Below are positions 1-10,809 of a stretch of 64,000 nt of DNA, in pieces. The translations under genes and the position numbers were made by a program. The notes under the pieces were generated by a model. The model made no database searches, was not told the origin of the DNA, and saw nothing but the letters and a program-made list of their open reading frames with translations. This DNA comes from a virus, in UHGV virus genome UHGV-0091695, one strand, 5' to 3'. Position 1 is the stretch's first letter; every line of letters begins with the position of its first letter.

Positions 1-217
1 TGAACTCTTCAGCTTCCTTCTTGGTTACATTGATAGTCTTAATATCACTTTGAAGTGTAGCTATCTGAGCGTCCTTACTCTTAATCTCCTCCTCCATTTG
101 GGAGTGAAGATTGTTAGCACTCTCATGTGCTGTCTTGAAGGCTGACTTAATAGCAGCCATCTGTTCAGCAAAAGTAGGTTGAACTACTGTTTCTGTTACT
201 TTACTAAAAATTCCCAT
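1..217 (-). CDS. Hypothetical coiled-coil protein (3' end outside window)
   Basis: ATG at 217, open frame MGIFSKVTETVVQPTFAEQMAAIKSAF... running off the window edge. Confidence 0.6.
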   Translation of the reverse strand, partial: MGIFSKVTETVVQPTFAEQMAAIKSAFKTAHESANNLHSQMEEEIKSKDAQIATLQSDIKTINVTKKEAEEF

Positions 218-223
218 AATGTT

Positions 224-433
224 CTATTTTAGTTTTACTGGTTCATCTTCCCAAGTCAAATCTCTACCTATAAGTTTCTTGATTGAGCCTTTGGGTAAAG
301 GTATTTCAGTATCATAGATTGCACCTCCATCTTCTACTTCATCATACCAAAAGTTTAATTCTCCACCTCTTGTAGGTTTATGACTAAATATACCCTCTTT
401 CCCATTTTTATGTACTGCTACCCATGCCATATT
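224..433 (-). CDS. Hypothetical small phage protein (likely start MAWVAVHKNG or the Met just before)
   Basis: ORF track; ends GRDLTWEDEPV, a motif typical of small Bacteroidetes phage proteins. Confidence 0.55.
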   Translation of the reverse strand, partial: NMAWVAVHKNGKEGIFSHKPTRGGELNFWYDEVEDGGAIYDTEIPLPKGSIKKLIGRDLTWEDEPVKLK

Positions 434-665
434 ATTCCTCCCAACAAATCTTAACGGTATCAATTCTGTTAGACATAATACCTGCATTTTTTATTGCTTC
501 TTCTTTTGAAGGGTATGGATGTTTAGAAAATGTAATTCCATTAATCCCCTTATACACATTCACCCATCCCTCTTTCTTTTCGGAGAGCATCATAAGGTCA
601 CGATTATCTTCTTTCTCCAACCCATAGTAACTTCCATCATCATTATAAGTCTGAATTATTACTTC

Positions 666-1622
666 TCATTTTAAATAGCCCCTTCTATTAAACTCATCAC
701 TTAAAGGAATAGCTAACTCTCTTGCTTGAGGATGAGCATTAACAGGACATCTAAGGAAAAAGAAATGCTTCCAATCATCAGCAAATCCAGTCATTACTAA
801 TTCTGTCTTTAAGGCATTAGGCAATACTACTCTTGCTTGCTGAGGAGTCCAAGGATTCTCTTTGTACCCAGTTCTAAATCTTCTATCATGAACTCTGTTA
901 TCCCATTTATTTAGAAGCTCATGATAAGCAACTTCACTATGAGCAAGAGTTTCAAGGAAAAGGCTTGCTCCATTTTCTAAGTCTTTGTAAGACACCTCTG
1001 GAGTCCAATAGAAATCATGTCCTAAAGGTCCTGTTTCATGAACATACTGATAATGGCCCTCACTAAGATTAAGCCAGCAAGGTATGATAAAGGTAACTTC
1101 ACCACCAAACTTATCCTTAGAGTAGTTACAATACCTTGTGCTCTCTTGAGCAAATGAGAATACTCTATGCCTTACAAACTCATGTGATACACCTCTATCA
1201 CATACAAAGTGAACAGTAATTCTCTTTGCATGATATTCAGTAGGTTCACATAGATACTTTAAGTCATCAAGCCAGCCTTGTTCCACCAACACCCTATAAT
1301 TTGAGGTAATATAATAATCTTCTCCATCTCCTTTTACAACAGAGTAGGGATTCATACTATAATTGTCTTCTACCCAATTACTATCCGTTGGTAAGTTAGA
1401 ATATGCCTCAGGATATGGTACTCTAAGATACACAGTACCATGCTCCAACATAGCCCCATGCCCTGAAGCAACCATTCTATCTACAAAGGACTTAGCTGAA
1501 TCTTCTGTTATTTTATCTTCCGACTTATAACATACTCTGCCTGCTTTTTCAATCATCTTATAGATACCTTCAAGACCAGCAGGTTGCTCCCATATTTCAT
1601 ATGAAGGTTTACACAGTCTCAT
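666..1622 (-). CDS. thyX: FAD-dependent thymidylate synthase
   Basis: GHGAMLEH, SHEFVRHRVFSFAQESTRY (RHRx7S) and QARVVLPN motifs. Confidence 0.95.
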   Translation of the reverse strand: MRLCKPSYEIWEQPAGLEGIYKMIEKAGRVCYKSEDKITEDSAKSFVDRMVASGHGAMLEHGTVYLRVPYPEAYSNLPTDSNWVEDNYSMNPYSVVKGDGEDYYITSNYRVLVEQGWLDDLKYLCEPTEYHAKRITVHFVCDRGVSHEFVRHRVFSFAQESTRYCNYSKDKFGGEVTFIIPCWLNLSEGHYQYVHETGPLGHDFYWTPEVSYKDLENGASLFLETLAHSEVAYHELLNKWDNRVHDRRFRTGYKENPWTPQQARVVLPNALKTELVMTGFADDWKHFFFLRCPVNAHPQARELAIPLSDEFNRRGYLK

Positions 1623-2186
1623 AATCCCACATCTTCTTTAATTAATACTACATCACTTATCTTCTGTATAGAAGTAATCTCACAGTCTTTTCTCCACTTC
1701 CTCATAATAGCTATAGCCTCATCTAAAGAATCAGCTGCTATCCTATAAGTTACATCTTTATTTATAACGATGTAAAGTCTCCTTGAAATAATCATAACTT
1801 ACTCATTTATATCTACTCCTATTAGTACCCTCCCTATACACTCAATTTCAGAAATACCCTCATTATAGGCTTTACTGTTGGTCTTTTTATAGGCAGATTC
1901 TGCTTCTGCAAAACTATTAGCCGCTATATAACATTTCTCATGAAAGATACCTGCGACTACCCTATACAATTTTTTCTTCTCCATATTAGTCTAAAATTTC
2001 CATTATATCATCCTTCTACAGTACCAGTATACATATATCCAAGAGCTTAGACTTACAAGAATAGCATAAGATACTATCTTGTATTTAGCCTTGTATCTTC
2101 GGCTACCTTCAAATAGCCCAAACCAAAATGCTGAGAGTAACCCTGATACATATAAAAAAATCAGTATAATCCAAACTACTATCATA

Positions 2187-2633
2187 TCACTCCTCCAATA
2201 CTTCTATTTCATCAATATCAAAGTCCTTGGGATATATCCCATCCTTTATACCTTCTTCTATAGAGTCTCTCATCTGTTCAACAGTCATATCTTCAGGACC
2301 CCATATATCAGCATAACCACTTAGTGTAATACTAACAAATACATTATGTTTTACAGGAAGTTCCTCATTCCAGGGTGCCCTTTCCTCTTCACTTTGCATC
2401 AAAGTAGGTACATTACTGTTCATCTTCTTAGCCTTTTTAATATTTAACTCTAATTGATTTTCCCTAATAAGCCTTCTTGCAATGACACACTCAAGTTTTG
2501 AGGGAATGCTTATATGCTTACCCTTGTCATTAACATATATAGCATGGTCTCCATTATGTCTGTCATAATGGAAACCATTAGCTATACATATCTTGATGAA
2601 CTCTTTCTGTGTATATTGCTTCATTTCTACCAA
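2187..2633 (-). CDS. HicA-like (dsRBD-fold mRNA interferase) domain fused to an acidic C-terminal domain
   Basis: KEFIKICIANGFHYDRHNGDHAIYVNDKGKHISIP matches the HicA pattern GF...GxH...I.IP. Confidence 0.65.
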   Translation of the reverse strand: MVEMKQYTQKEFIKICIANGFHYDRHNGDHAIYVNDKGKHISIPSKLECVIARRLIRENQLELNIKKAKKMNSNVPTLMQSEEERAPWNEELPVKHNVFVSITLSGYADIWGPEDMTVEQMRDSIEEGIKDGIYPKDFDIDEIEVLEE

Positions 2634-2821
2634 AGTTCATTGATTCTTCTAAAGTCCTCATCTTCAGGTACTGGGCAATCCTTAATCCAGTGCATATCCT
2701 TTACTTCATAGTCCCATCTGTCTACTACTGGAAGCTTTGAAAAGTCCCATGAGTCATTACAACACACGGGACATTTATTGGGACACTGGGTTGTTACCAG
2801 TAATCTAAGTTTCTTGTTCAT
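2627..2821 (-). pseudogene. Radical SAM protein remnant (internal deletion)
   Basis: CPNKCPVC (CxxxCxxC) near the N-terminus, but only 64 aa with no GGEP motif or barrel. Confidence 0.6.
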
Positions 2822-2822
2822 A

Positions 2823-3095
2823 TCAGTTATCTTTATTAACTACTTGCTCACAGATAAGCATTGTATCAGGAGAAGGTATTATTTCCTCAATTCTATAAAT
2901 CATGTAATTAATAGGATTGCTATTATATAACCCTTCAGACTTAAGTACTCTACTTGCTTCATTAGGGTTACTGGCTTTTACTACTGCACATCCTCTCCCA
3001 TCACCTTTTATATCAAACTCTATTATCCAGAGTCTTTTATTCACAGGAGGAACATGGCAATCACTATCATTATTTATTATACTCTCATTTACCAT
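2823..3095 (-). CDS. Hypothetical protein
   Basis: ORF track; co-directional and tightly packed. Confidence 0.55.
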   Translation of the reverse strand: MVNESIINNDSDCHVPPVNKRLWIIEFDIKGDGRGCAVVKASNPNEASRVLKSEGLYNSNPINYMIYRIEEIIPSPDTMLICEQVVNKDN

Positions 3096-3245
3096 CTTTA
3101 ATTCTTATTATTCTATTATACCAATCTTCTTCAACAAAGAAGGACATAGGACCATAATCATCTAATCCCCTAATATCATTAATGGGATAAGAATGTTCTT
3201 TAAAGAGCTCTTCTTCCATTAACTCTTGACTTTCAGGCCACGGTA

Positions 3246-3701
3246 CTATACTTCCTTTATAGTCTCACGAACCATCTTCTCACCAGATTTATTCTTGTTA
3301 TCAAGCCACATTACAGTCATTATACTATATGAGGCTAAATCAAGAAGGGTATCTTTAATAGACTCATCCTTTACCTCTGCCTTTTTGACAGCCAAAGATT
3401 CAAGTCTGTTCATCTTGTCACCCATTCTGACTATTGCTGCTATGATACCAAACTTATTACAGGATTGCTCAAATGAGTTGCCATAATCATGGTTCTTAGC
3501 TGCATAGGTCTTAGCCATATTAGTAGTTATATCTATAAACTGCTGGACATTATTCTCCAACACAAGTCTTTGACCTAGTTGCTTCAGGGCGTGGATGACA
3601 CCCTTTATAGGTGTCATAGCCTCACCTGATACTCCCTTCTCAAGTGCATATTGAAGCCTTCTAGCAAGGTCTTCATATAGTTCATTCATCTTTGTTTCCA
3701 T
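3246..3701 (-). CDS. DUF1599 / nucleotide-modification-associated (MazG-like all-alpha) protein
   Basis: KNHDYGNSF...RMGDKMNRL...DTLLDLASYSIM motif. Confidence 0.8.
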   Translation of the reverse strand: METKMNELYEDLARRLQYALEKGVSGEAMTPIKGVIHALKQLGQRLVLENNVQQFIDITTNMAKTYAAKNHDYGNSFEQSCNKFGIIAAIVRMGDKMNRLESLAVKKAEVKDESIKDTLLDLASYSIMTVMWLDNKNKSGEKMVRETIKEV

Positions 3702-3710
3702 AAAAATCTA

Positions 3711-5993
3711 TTAATGTACCCAATAAGTAGGAAGAGGACCGTTGTCATCAAGGTGTTTGCTATAGTCTTTGGGTAATTCCTTGACCTTATAGGACTCATT
3801 AGTCCTTAAATTTACTATCACATCCTCACCCATAGTAGCTATGACATCACCTTTTGACATAATCTTCCTCCCATTGAATTCATAATCTTCTTTGCATAGT
3901 TTATGTCTTGATATATCAGCATCAAGCTTAACTCTCTTTGCAAAATAAGCTCCAGCATTGATCATTATGTCATATAATACCTTAGCTATATCTTCAGCTA
4001 TCTCTTCAGGGGCTTCACAGTTGATTTCATCATAAGGGGTTACAGTTATTAATACCTTGAATAATAAGTCATTGTGTCTTAAATACTCAAAGAAATTCAC
4101 CATACTTACCTTATAACACAATGCTCCAGTATGTTGTATTCTATAATTAATAGACTGCTTTTCAGAGTCAGATTTTCTCTTAAAGTACTCTTTAACCATT
4201 TGAACAGTATCACAATCAGGAGCATCTCTTTTCATTTCCCTATAATAATCCCAGAAGCCAGGTTCACGAAATTTATTCCTAACCTTCATGAGATAATTAA
4301 AGTCGTAGATATAAGCCTTGTAGCCTGCCATAGGATTGAGAAGTATATAACCTTTCTGCATTACATCCTTTCTACAAAAGTCCTGATACTTTTTAATACC
4401 TTTGAAACCAGACATATAATCATTATAAATAATTCTTGCCTCTTCAATAGGTATTCCTTTATTATTAGATATAGTGTTGGCATCGCCTCCATAATTAATG
4501 GCAAATTCAATACCTTTAGCTTCATTTCTCAGACTATGATAAAGCTTTTTTATATCTTTAATAGGAGTATCTCTTGGAATTTGCTTATAGGACATATAGG
4601 CAGTAAGACTATGAATATCTCCACTACCATTAGTAAGCTCTTCAATAATAGCTTTGTCATTAGCTATATCAGCTAAGATATAAGTCTCCTGACCTGAATA
4701 ATCAATACTTATCCACTTATTACCTTCCTCAGCAATGAAGCAAGCCCTTGTCTCAGCATCAGCTGGCATATTAAGCATATTGACATACTCAATCTTAGCT
4801 GCCTTGTCTTTACCTCCAGAGCTTATTCTTGCTGTATCAGTACCTAATGAGTTGAAGTTGGTATATAACCTACCTGTCACTTCATCAATTTGCTTAAGTA
4901 CATTAGCACCATAAGTGCTACATAGCTTCTTCATTTCCTTGAACCTGATATATAAGGGAATAAGACTACATTTGTCCTTCTGGGGACCAAGTACCTTAGC
5001 TCCTATACTATCTTTGTCCTCGTCATCTTCCTTATCAAGAGCTGTTGTATCAATTCCATACTTCTTGAATAAAGGAATAACCTGCTTGGAACTATTCCAG
5101 TTAAGAGTCACTTGTGGTTCAGTATTGAAGCCAGTAAACAAGTTACCTTGCAGGTCAATCTTGATATACTTTGAATTAGGCTCATGCTCTATAAGCCACT
5201 TGTTCATTTCATCAACAATACCATTAAGGATAGCTTGGTCATGCTCCATCTTCTTCTCCCACCTTGACCTATCCATCCTGATACCACAATAGCACATATA
5301 GGCAATAGGAAGTATAGCTCTGTTTTCATAATCAATTGCAGTTAGAAGACCTTGCTTTTCTAGTTGTTTAAGCTGAAGTTCCCTTATCTTCTCTAGATAC
5401 TTGACATCATTGGCAGCATATATAATTACGTCACCTACAAGACCCTTATAGATAATCTGCCCTCTTATGGACTTGTCAAGTTCCACACCAAGATACATCT
5501 CACCTAATTTCTTCAGGTTCATATATAGGACATATCTTGGTTTTGATGTTTTCTTTTTAGGATCAGCAGGCACATAATCATATCTAGGACATTGAATCCT
5601 ATCCCACACTTCAGGAGTTAGTCTGACAGGATAGCCATTCCACATGACCTTTTCTGCCAAGAACAGGTCATAGACATTATAGGGAACTATGTGATATTTG
5701 TATAGCCATTGGAGGTCAAACTTGGCATTATGAAACAAGAATAGCCTGTCAGATTGCAGATAGTCCCTATATAAGGTCACGTCTATAGTCAGACAATCAA
5801 TGACTACTTGAAAATCATAACAACCAAGCTGAAGAGACAATAGCTTATCCTTATGACAATTTAAGCCACTGGTCTCAGTATCTACTCCTACTATCCTAAG
5901 AGGCTCTAATAGGGATAGACTTTCATCTACCCCTATTACCTTATAAGCCTCATTATCAAATAGTTTCCTATTCCTTGTTACACAATATATCAT
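3711..5993 (-). CDS. polA: DNA polymerase family A with 3'-5' exonuclease
   Basis: ExoI DTET, ExoII HNAKFD, ExoIII YAAND, motif A DYSGQE, motif B RNEAKGIEFAINYG, motif C YDE. Confidence 0.95.
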   Translation of the reverse strand: MIYCVTRNRKLFDNEAYKVIGVDESLSLLEPLRIVGVDTETSGLNCHKDKLLSLQLGCYDFQVVIDCLTIDVTLYRDYLQSDRLFLFHNAKFDLQWLYKYHIVPYNVYDLFLAEKVMWNGYPVRLTPEVWDRIQCPRYDYVPADPKKKTSKPRYVLYMNLKKLGEMYLGVELDKSIRGQIIYKGLVGDVIIYAANDVKYLEKIRELQLKQLEKQGLLTAIDYENRAILPIAYMCYCGIRMDRSRWEKKMEHDQAILNGIVDEMNKWLIEHEPNSKYIKIDLQGNLFTGFNTEPQVTLNWNSSKQVIPLFKKYGIDTTALDKEDDEDKDSIGAKVLGPQKDKCSLIPLYIRFKEMKKLCSTYGANVLKQIDEVTGRLYTNFNSLGTDTARISSGGKDKAAKIEYVNMLNMPADAETRACFIAEEGNKWISIDYSGQETYILADIANDKAIIEELTNGSGDIHSLTAYMSYKQIPRDTPIKDIKKLYHSLRNEAKGIEFAINYGGDANTISNNKGIPIEEARIIYNDYMSGFKGIKKYQDFCRKDVMQKGYILLNPMAGYKAYIYDFNYLMKVRNKFREPGFWDYYREMKRDAPDCDTVQMVKEYFKRKSDSEKQSINYRIQHTGALCYKVSMVNFFEYLRHNDLLFKVLITVTPYDEINCEAPEEIAEDIAKVLYDIMINAGAYFAKRVKLDADISRHKLCKEDYEFNGRKIMSKGDVIATMGEDVIVNLRTNESYKVKELPKDYSKHLDDNGPLPTYWVH

Positions 5994-6260
5994 TTAGTTA
6001 AATGTTATAGTCCATCCATATCCTTCAACAAAGTCTATTGACTTGACTATAGCTCCTGCCTCTTTAAGCTCCTTGCCAACCATTATCATTGGTCCTCCTG
6101 ATGGGTCAATGAACCTCTTGTTGTCAACAGTTCCTACCCTGAAATAAGGAGTACTTACCTTCAGTACATAGGTCTTTGATTCTGAACCATCAGGCTTCTT
6201 GAGTATCTTGAGGTAGTTATTTTCCTTGTATTTGGAATCCAGTTTTATTATGTCCTTCAT
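5994..6260 (-). CDS. Hypothetical protein
   Basis: ORF track; FIDPSGGP motif; abuts polA. Confidence 0.6.
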   Translation of the reverse strand: MKDIIKLDSKYKENNYLKILKKPDGSESKTYVLKVSTPYFRVGTVDNKRFIDPSGGPMIMVGKELKEAGAIVKSIDFVEGYGWTITFN

Positions 6261-6760
6261 GCCTTTGAATATGCTACAAGTTCCTTAAAGTCAAGTATAT
6301 ACTTATATCTCTCAAAGAATGTACTTGACAGTAAGCCATGAATAGTAACTCCATACTCACTCTTCATCCTACCAAATGATACAGACATATCATGCACAGT
6401 AAACACTTCTGAGTAATCCTTTCCTTTATATGACAGTACTATACCTATCTGTTGCATGACATGTATATTACCATCAACCCCGAAAGCCCTCTTGTTACCT
6501 TCAATCTCTGTATATTCAATAAAGTCAAGTACCTTTTTATCCACAAGGGAGGCAGCAGCACCAGTATCAAGGATGAAGTTTATCTTGTTTTCACCTTGCC
6601 TGAATGTTACTATAGGAAGTCCAGTCAAGTCCATAGTTTCCCTGAATGACATCCTGTCCAATGGAGTTGTTCCCCCTCTCATCTTATCAACAATGTGTGC
6701 TACTAGGGCTGCAACACCAACTAGTAGCAACATAAACACTATTTTCAATACAAATTCCAT
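6257..6760 (-). CDS. Retropepsin-like aspartyl protease with N-terminal TM helix
   Basis: FILDTGA catalytic motif; hydrophobic N-terminus. Confidence 0.8.
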   Translation of the reverse strand: MEFVLKIVFMLLLVGVAALVAHIVDKMRGGTTPLDRMSFRETMDLTGLPIVTFRQGENKINFILDTGAAASLVDKKVLDFIEYTEIEGNKRAFGVDGNIHVMQQIGIVLSYKGKDYSEVFTVHDMSVSFGRMKSEYGVTIHGLLSSTFFERYKYILDFKELVAYSKA

Positions 6761-6780
6761 GCTTCATTTATAGGATTTAA

Positions 6781-7251
6781 TTATTCACCACTACTTCCAA
6801 TTCCTCCCCTGTTCTTGTTACCTAATGAGTCAACATGGTCTAGAAGAGGAGTTGACAATAGCCATCTTAATTTCTGATGCCACTTAGCAAACTGTGAAGG
6901 TGCTACTTCAAACTGACATATCCTTGTACCCTTAGTAAGGGCTACTGCCTTATAAGCATAGATAGGACACATCCATTCATCATTATCACCTTTATAGATA
7001 TTGTCTATGAATCCAATACCATTTGCTACTGTAACACCCAGCTTGCTAGGAGCACTGCTTCTGCTATACACTCTGGCTATGATGCCCTTAGGCATCCCCA
7101 TAGCCACTCCTAGCCTAGCTACATATACTTCTCCTTTCCTTAAGGCCACATCTTCAGCGAGGAACAAATCATAACAATCTGAATCCTTGCTATTAGACCT
7201 GATAGGAAAGCATCCTGATGTAATCTCTTTAACCTTTATCTTTAGTTTCAT
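6781..7251 (-). CDS. dut: Trimeric dUTPase
   Basis: YDL, SRSS, GFIDNIYKG, RICQ and RGGIGSSG motifs. Confidence 0.92.
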   Translation of the reverse strand: MKLKIKVKEITSGCFPIRSNSKDSDCYDLFLAEDVALRKGEVYVARLGVAMGMPKGIIARVYSRSSAPSKLGVTVANGIGFIDNIYKGDNDEWMCPIYAYKAVALTKGTRICQFEVAPSQFAKWHQKLRWLLSTPLLDHVDSLGNKNRGGIGSSGE

Positions 7252-7273
7252 ATTTTACATATTATAAATAGTT

Positions 7274-9496
7274 TCACTCACATTTGGAATAACCACAAGA
7301 AGGGCAGCTTATACAGCCTCCAGTTCTTACCAATTTCTCCCCACACTCAGGACATATTTCACCTACCTCTTTAGGAAGATATTTACTAAGAACCCTACAC
7401 ATAGCACTACTAAAGGACACAATATTATCATTAACCTTTTTTGCAGTCTTGATGATATACTTTAAGGTTATACCATGTCTTAGAAGCATAGAACTATACA
7501 GAGTAGCTGCCTTCTCTTCTACAGATATATCTGTATTGAGCAGGTTAGCTATCTTAAGCTCACTTGAATCCAGACTGTATACACCTTTAGACTTCTTGGT
7601 TATAACACCTTTGTTATCTGCCAGTGATACATTGTGCTTCAATCTGAATACAAATACCTCATAAGGTTTATCCTCATAAAGTCCTACACATACAATGAAG
7701 TTCTCTCCCTTTACCTTTACTTTATGTATATCACAAGGTAATGAAACAGGTCTTTTGGGAGCTGTTGTTATAGACATAGTTTCAGGTTTCTTAGTCATAA
7801 GTATTCCTTCTCTATAACATCCACTTCTATAAACAGTCACTCCTTTCAATCCATGCTTCCATGCTTCCACATAAATATTATATACATCCTCAACAGTAGC
7901 TTCTTTAGGAAGATTAATAGTACTTGAGATAGAAGCATCAGTGTATTTCTGTAGCACTGCTTGCATCTTAATTCTATCAATGGGAGCAATATCCTTAGAC
8001 TCTGTAAAGTAATCAGGTAAGGGTAACCCATTATGTCTCCCCTCAGTACACATAAAGTGACTATCATAGAAGTCCTCAACTATCTTGGCATTGACATCAT
8101 AATATGTGTCCTTACCATTCAAGGATTGAGTTTTTCTTGTGTACTTTAATGCAAAGTTAGGCTCTACACCAGTACTTACCTGTAGCATAGTAGCTATACT
8201 ACCTGTAGGAGCACAAGTCAATAATTGGCTATTATGAAGTCCATAAGTCTTTATCTCCTCTATCATATTATAAGGAAGATTAAGAGCCTTAATGAATGAA
8301 GATTTAGCCAACTTTTCCTTGTTACACATAGGATAGCAGCTAGTAGTCTTGGCTAACTCAAGTGATGCTGCTACAGCAGTCTTTGCTATAGTCTCATATA
8401 CACTTTCAGTTATCTTGATAGCCCCAACAGAGCCATAAGTAACTCCAAGTTTAATGAGCATATCAGCAAGACCCATAGTACCCAAGCCTATCTGTCTCCA
8501 ATTCTTAACTGACTTTCTCTGCTCATGCAAGGGATGAAGCATCATTCCCTCATTGAGTACCTCATTAAGACCTAATACAGCTATTGATATCGCCTCTTCA
8601 AGACCATCCCAATCTATATTAGCCTTATCAGTGAATGGATTGACTACAAATTCACTAAGGTTGATGCTACCAAGCAAACAGCTGCCTCCAGCTGGGAGGG
8701 GTTCTTCGGCGCAGGGGTTCACTCCTGCATAAGCAAAGTTACCATCATTATCAAGCATATTGTAGCCTGTAATCCTATCCCAATAGAGTAGTCCTGGTTC
8801 TGCCCATTCCCAATTCCTCTTGGCTAAGAGCTTAAGCAAGTCCCTTGCCCTAAAGGTTCTGGTTATAGTACCTGTTTCAAGACTTGTAAATGAGGTTTCC
8901 CAGTCTCTATCATCAATAGCTGCCTGCATAAACTCATCAGATACTCTGATACTGATGTTAGCCTTCTCACATACACCTTGTTTAGTCTTGAGGTTAATGA
9001 ACTCTTCAATATCAGGATGCTCACAGCTGATACTAATCATCAATGCCCCTCTTCTGCCTGACTGACCTATAAGACCAGTAACATAGCTATAGAAGTCCAT
9101 GAAGCTTACAGCACCTGAGGTACTCTTAGCTGCATTATGGACTATGGCACCTTTAGGTCTGAGATTACTGATGTCTATACCACAGCCTCCACCATAGCTG
9201 TAAGTTCTTGCAAGCTTCTTACCTGCTTCAAAGATGTCCTCTATGCAGTCAGTAGGAGGCTTGATAACATAGCAGTTACTGTAAGTAACTCTTCTGTCAG
9301 TAACCCCTCTACTTGCAAGGATTCTACCCCCAAACAGGAACTTCTTATCCTTTATAAGCTGCCTGACATAGGAATTCCCTCCACTCACTCTGTCAAGCCA
9401 TTCTTCAAAGCTCTCATTATTTATTCTATACTTCTTGTTGAATATATCTAATGAGAGTGGATTGTTTCCAAGCCAATCTTTTTCTGTCATAATCAC
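7274..9496 (-). CDS. nrdJ: Class II (adenosylcobalamin) ribonucleotide reductase with C-terminal Zn ribbon
   Basis: SNCY, NPCAE, APTGSIA and terminal CPECG...CPSCGYSKC; no NrdB partner in the window. Confidence 0.9.
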   Translation of the reverse strand: MIMTEKDWLGNNPLSLDIFNKKYRINNESFEEWLDRVSGGNSYVRQLIKDKKFLFGGRILASRGVTDRRVTYSNCYVIKPPTDCIEDIFEAGKKLARTYSYGGGCGIDISNLRPKGAIVHNAAKSTSGAVSFMDFYSYVTGLIGQSGRRGALMISISCEHPDIEEFINLKTKQGVCEKANISIRVSDEFMQAAIDDRDWETSFTSLETGTITRTFRARDLLKLLAKRNWEWAEPGLLYWDRITGYNMLDNDGNFAYAGVNPCAEEPLPAGGSCLLGSINLSEFVVNPFTDKANIDWDGLEEAISIAVLGLNEVLNEGMMLHPLHEQRKSVKNWRQIGLGTMGLADMLIKLGVTYGSVGAIKITESVYETIAKTAVAASLELAKTTSCYPMCNKEKLAKSSFIKALNLPYNMIEEIKTYGLHNSQLLTCAPTGSIATMLQVSTGVEPNFALKYTRKTQSLNGKDTYYDVNAKIVEDFYDSHFMCTEGRHNGLPLPDYFTESKDIAPIDRIKMQAVLQKYTDASISSTINLPKEATVEDVYNIYVEAWKHGLKGVTVYRSGCYREGILMTKKPETMSITTAPKRPVSLPCDIHKVKVKGENFIVCVGLYEDKPYEVFVFRLKHNVSLADNKGVITKKSKGVYSLDSSELKIANLLNTDISVEEKAATLYSSMLLRHGITLKYIIKTAKKVNDNIVSFSSAMCRVLSKYLPKEVGEICPECGEKLVRTGGCISCPSCGYSKCE

Positions 9497-9583
9497 TACT
9501 TTTATTTATATAGACTTTTATCTTTAGCTTTAGCTGCACACATAGGTTGTAAATCAACCATTTTAATTCCTATTGCCTTCATA

Positions 9584-10636
9584 TTACAAAGTATTAAGCC
9601 ATTTTCTTAAATCATTTGATTTTGTTTCTTCTATTCCCACAGGCACTTTTGGTCTTGAAGAGAGATAGTAATGAAGTTCTTCACCTATCTCAAAAGGACT
9701 TCTCATTTCAATCTGTTCTCTTCTGCCAAACTTGAGTGTACCTGTTGATTGTGTAAATGGACAAGCCCATACCAGTGGAGTAAGAGTTTTCCTATTGACT
9801 ACTATAAAGTCATAGTCAAGCAATTTGAAGTCCTTAAAGTACTCATCCTTGTCCATATTCTGCCTTATAACAGCCCAATATAGCCTTGCTTGAATATCAT
9901 ATCTCCACTGTAAGAGTGCCTTATGAAAGTCCCATTCTGTATGGGAACTCGTCTTTAAGTCACATGGTTTTACCCATTTTTCCTTATGGTTGACTATAAT
10001 CAAGTCAGCCATATTCCTATAGGTTACTCCGCCAAATTCACCTTTGAACTTCAACTGATAAAACCTCTCAATTTCAGGCTCAAAGGGATTATTTTCAGCA
10101 AAATAAAACTTGGTAGCTTCACTTTCCTTAAGTGCCCTTACTGCATTGCATATATCCTGATAGGTATTGGTATCAAGAATAGTTCTATCTCCTGCTATAT
10201 ACATGAGACTATAATATTCAGCTCCTTTCTCCTTGATAACCTTAGCCCTTGTTTCTGGCTTCCAGTTAAGCTGATAGCTTTGATGTATAGTCTCCTGAAT
10301 TACAACAGTATCAGGTATATCATTAAGTGTTCTATAAGTTCCCAATATACCAAATTGCTTAAATAAAGACCTTACTATCTTTATAATAGAATCTGGAATT
10401 GAAGGAAATTCAGCAACTATGAATCCTTTATCAAACTCTTCCTGACCACCAGTGATTATTGCATCCACAGCACTGCCAAAAGTAAGAGAAGGAGTTTCTA
10501 ATTTATCAAATAGGTGCCCTAAGTTATTAAATCCCTCTCTTTCATATTTAGCAAGTGTACTATAGGATAAAGCAGGGTCTGCTCTGTATACCTCTTCTGG
10601 GACATTCCAGCTTATATCTTTAAGACTCTTCATCAT
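9584..10636 (-). CDS. PD-(D/E)XK exonuclease (RecE/DUF3799-like)
   Basis: LSYSTL, FGSAVD, ADLI...DLKT and YDIQARLY motifs. Confidence 0.8.
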   Translation of the reverse strand: MMKSLKDISWNVPEEVYRADPALSYSTLAKYEREGFNNLGHLFDKLETPSLTFGSAVDAIITGGQEEFDKGFIVAEFPSIPDSIIKIVRSLFKQFGILGTYRTLNDIPDTVVIQETIHQSYQLNWKPETRAKVIKEKGAEYYSLMYIAGDRTILDTNTYQDICNAVRALKESEATKFYFAENNPFEPEIERFYQLKFKGEFGGVTYRNMADLIIVNHKEKWVKPCDLKTSSHTEWDFHKALLQWRYDIQARLYWAVIRQNMDKDEYFKDFKLLDYDFIVVNRKTLTPLVWACPFTQSTGTLKFGRREQIEMRSPFEIGEELHYYLSSRPKVPVGIEETKSNDLRKWLNTL

Positions 10637-10809
10637 CTAAGTGATTTAATGTTATTTCATATTCTATCTCAGCTTCAAGAGATTGTAAATTACCCAGTCT
10701 CTGCTTAACAGCCTTAATAGTCCTTCTTACATTATCCCTAAATTTAAATATGTCATCATCATACTCCAGCTTAGGAATAACTTCAGCTCCTTTCAATAAT
10801 TTAAGGATA

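Noticed and set aside
4131..5292. Plus-strand ORFs opposite polA, and similar antisense ORFs throughout
   Set aside because: Shadow frames of well-supported genes with no recognisable motifs.
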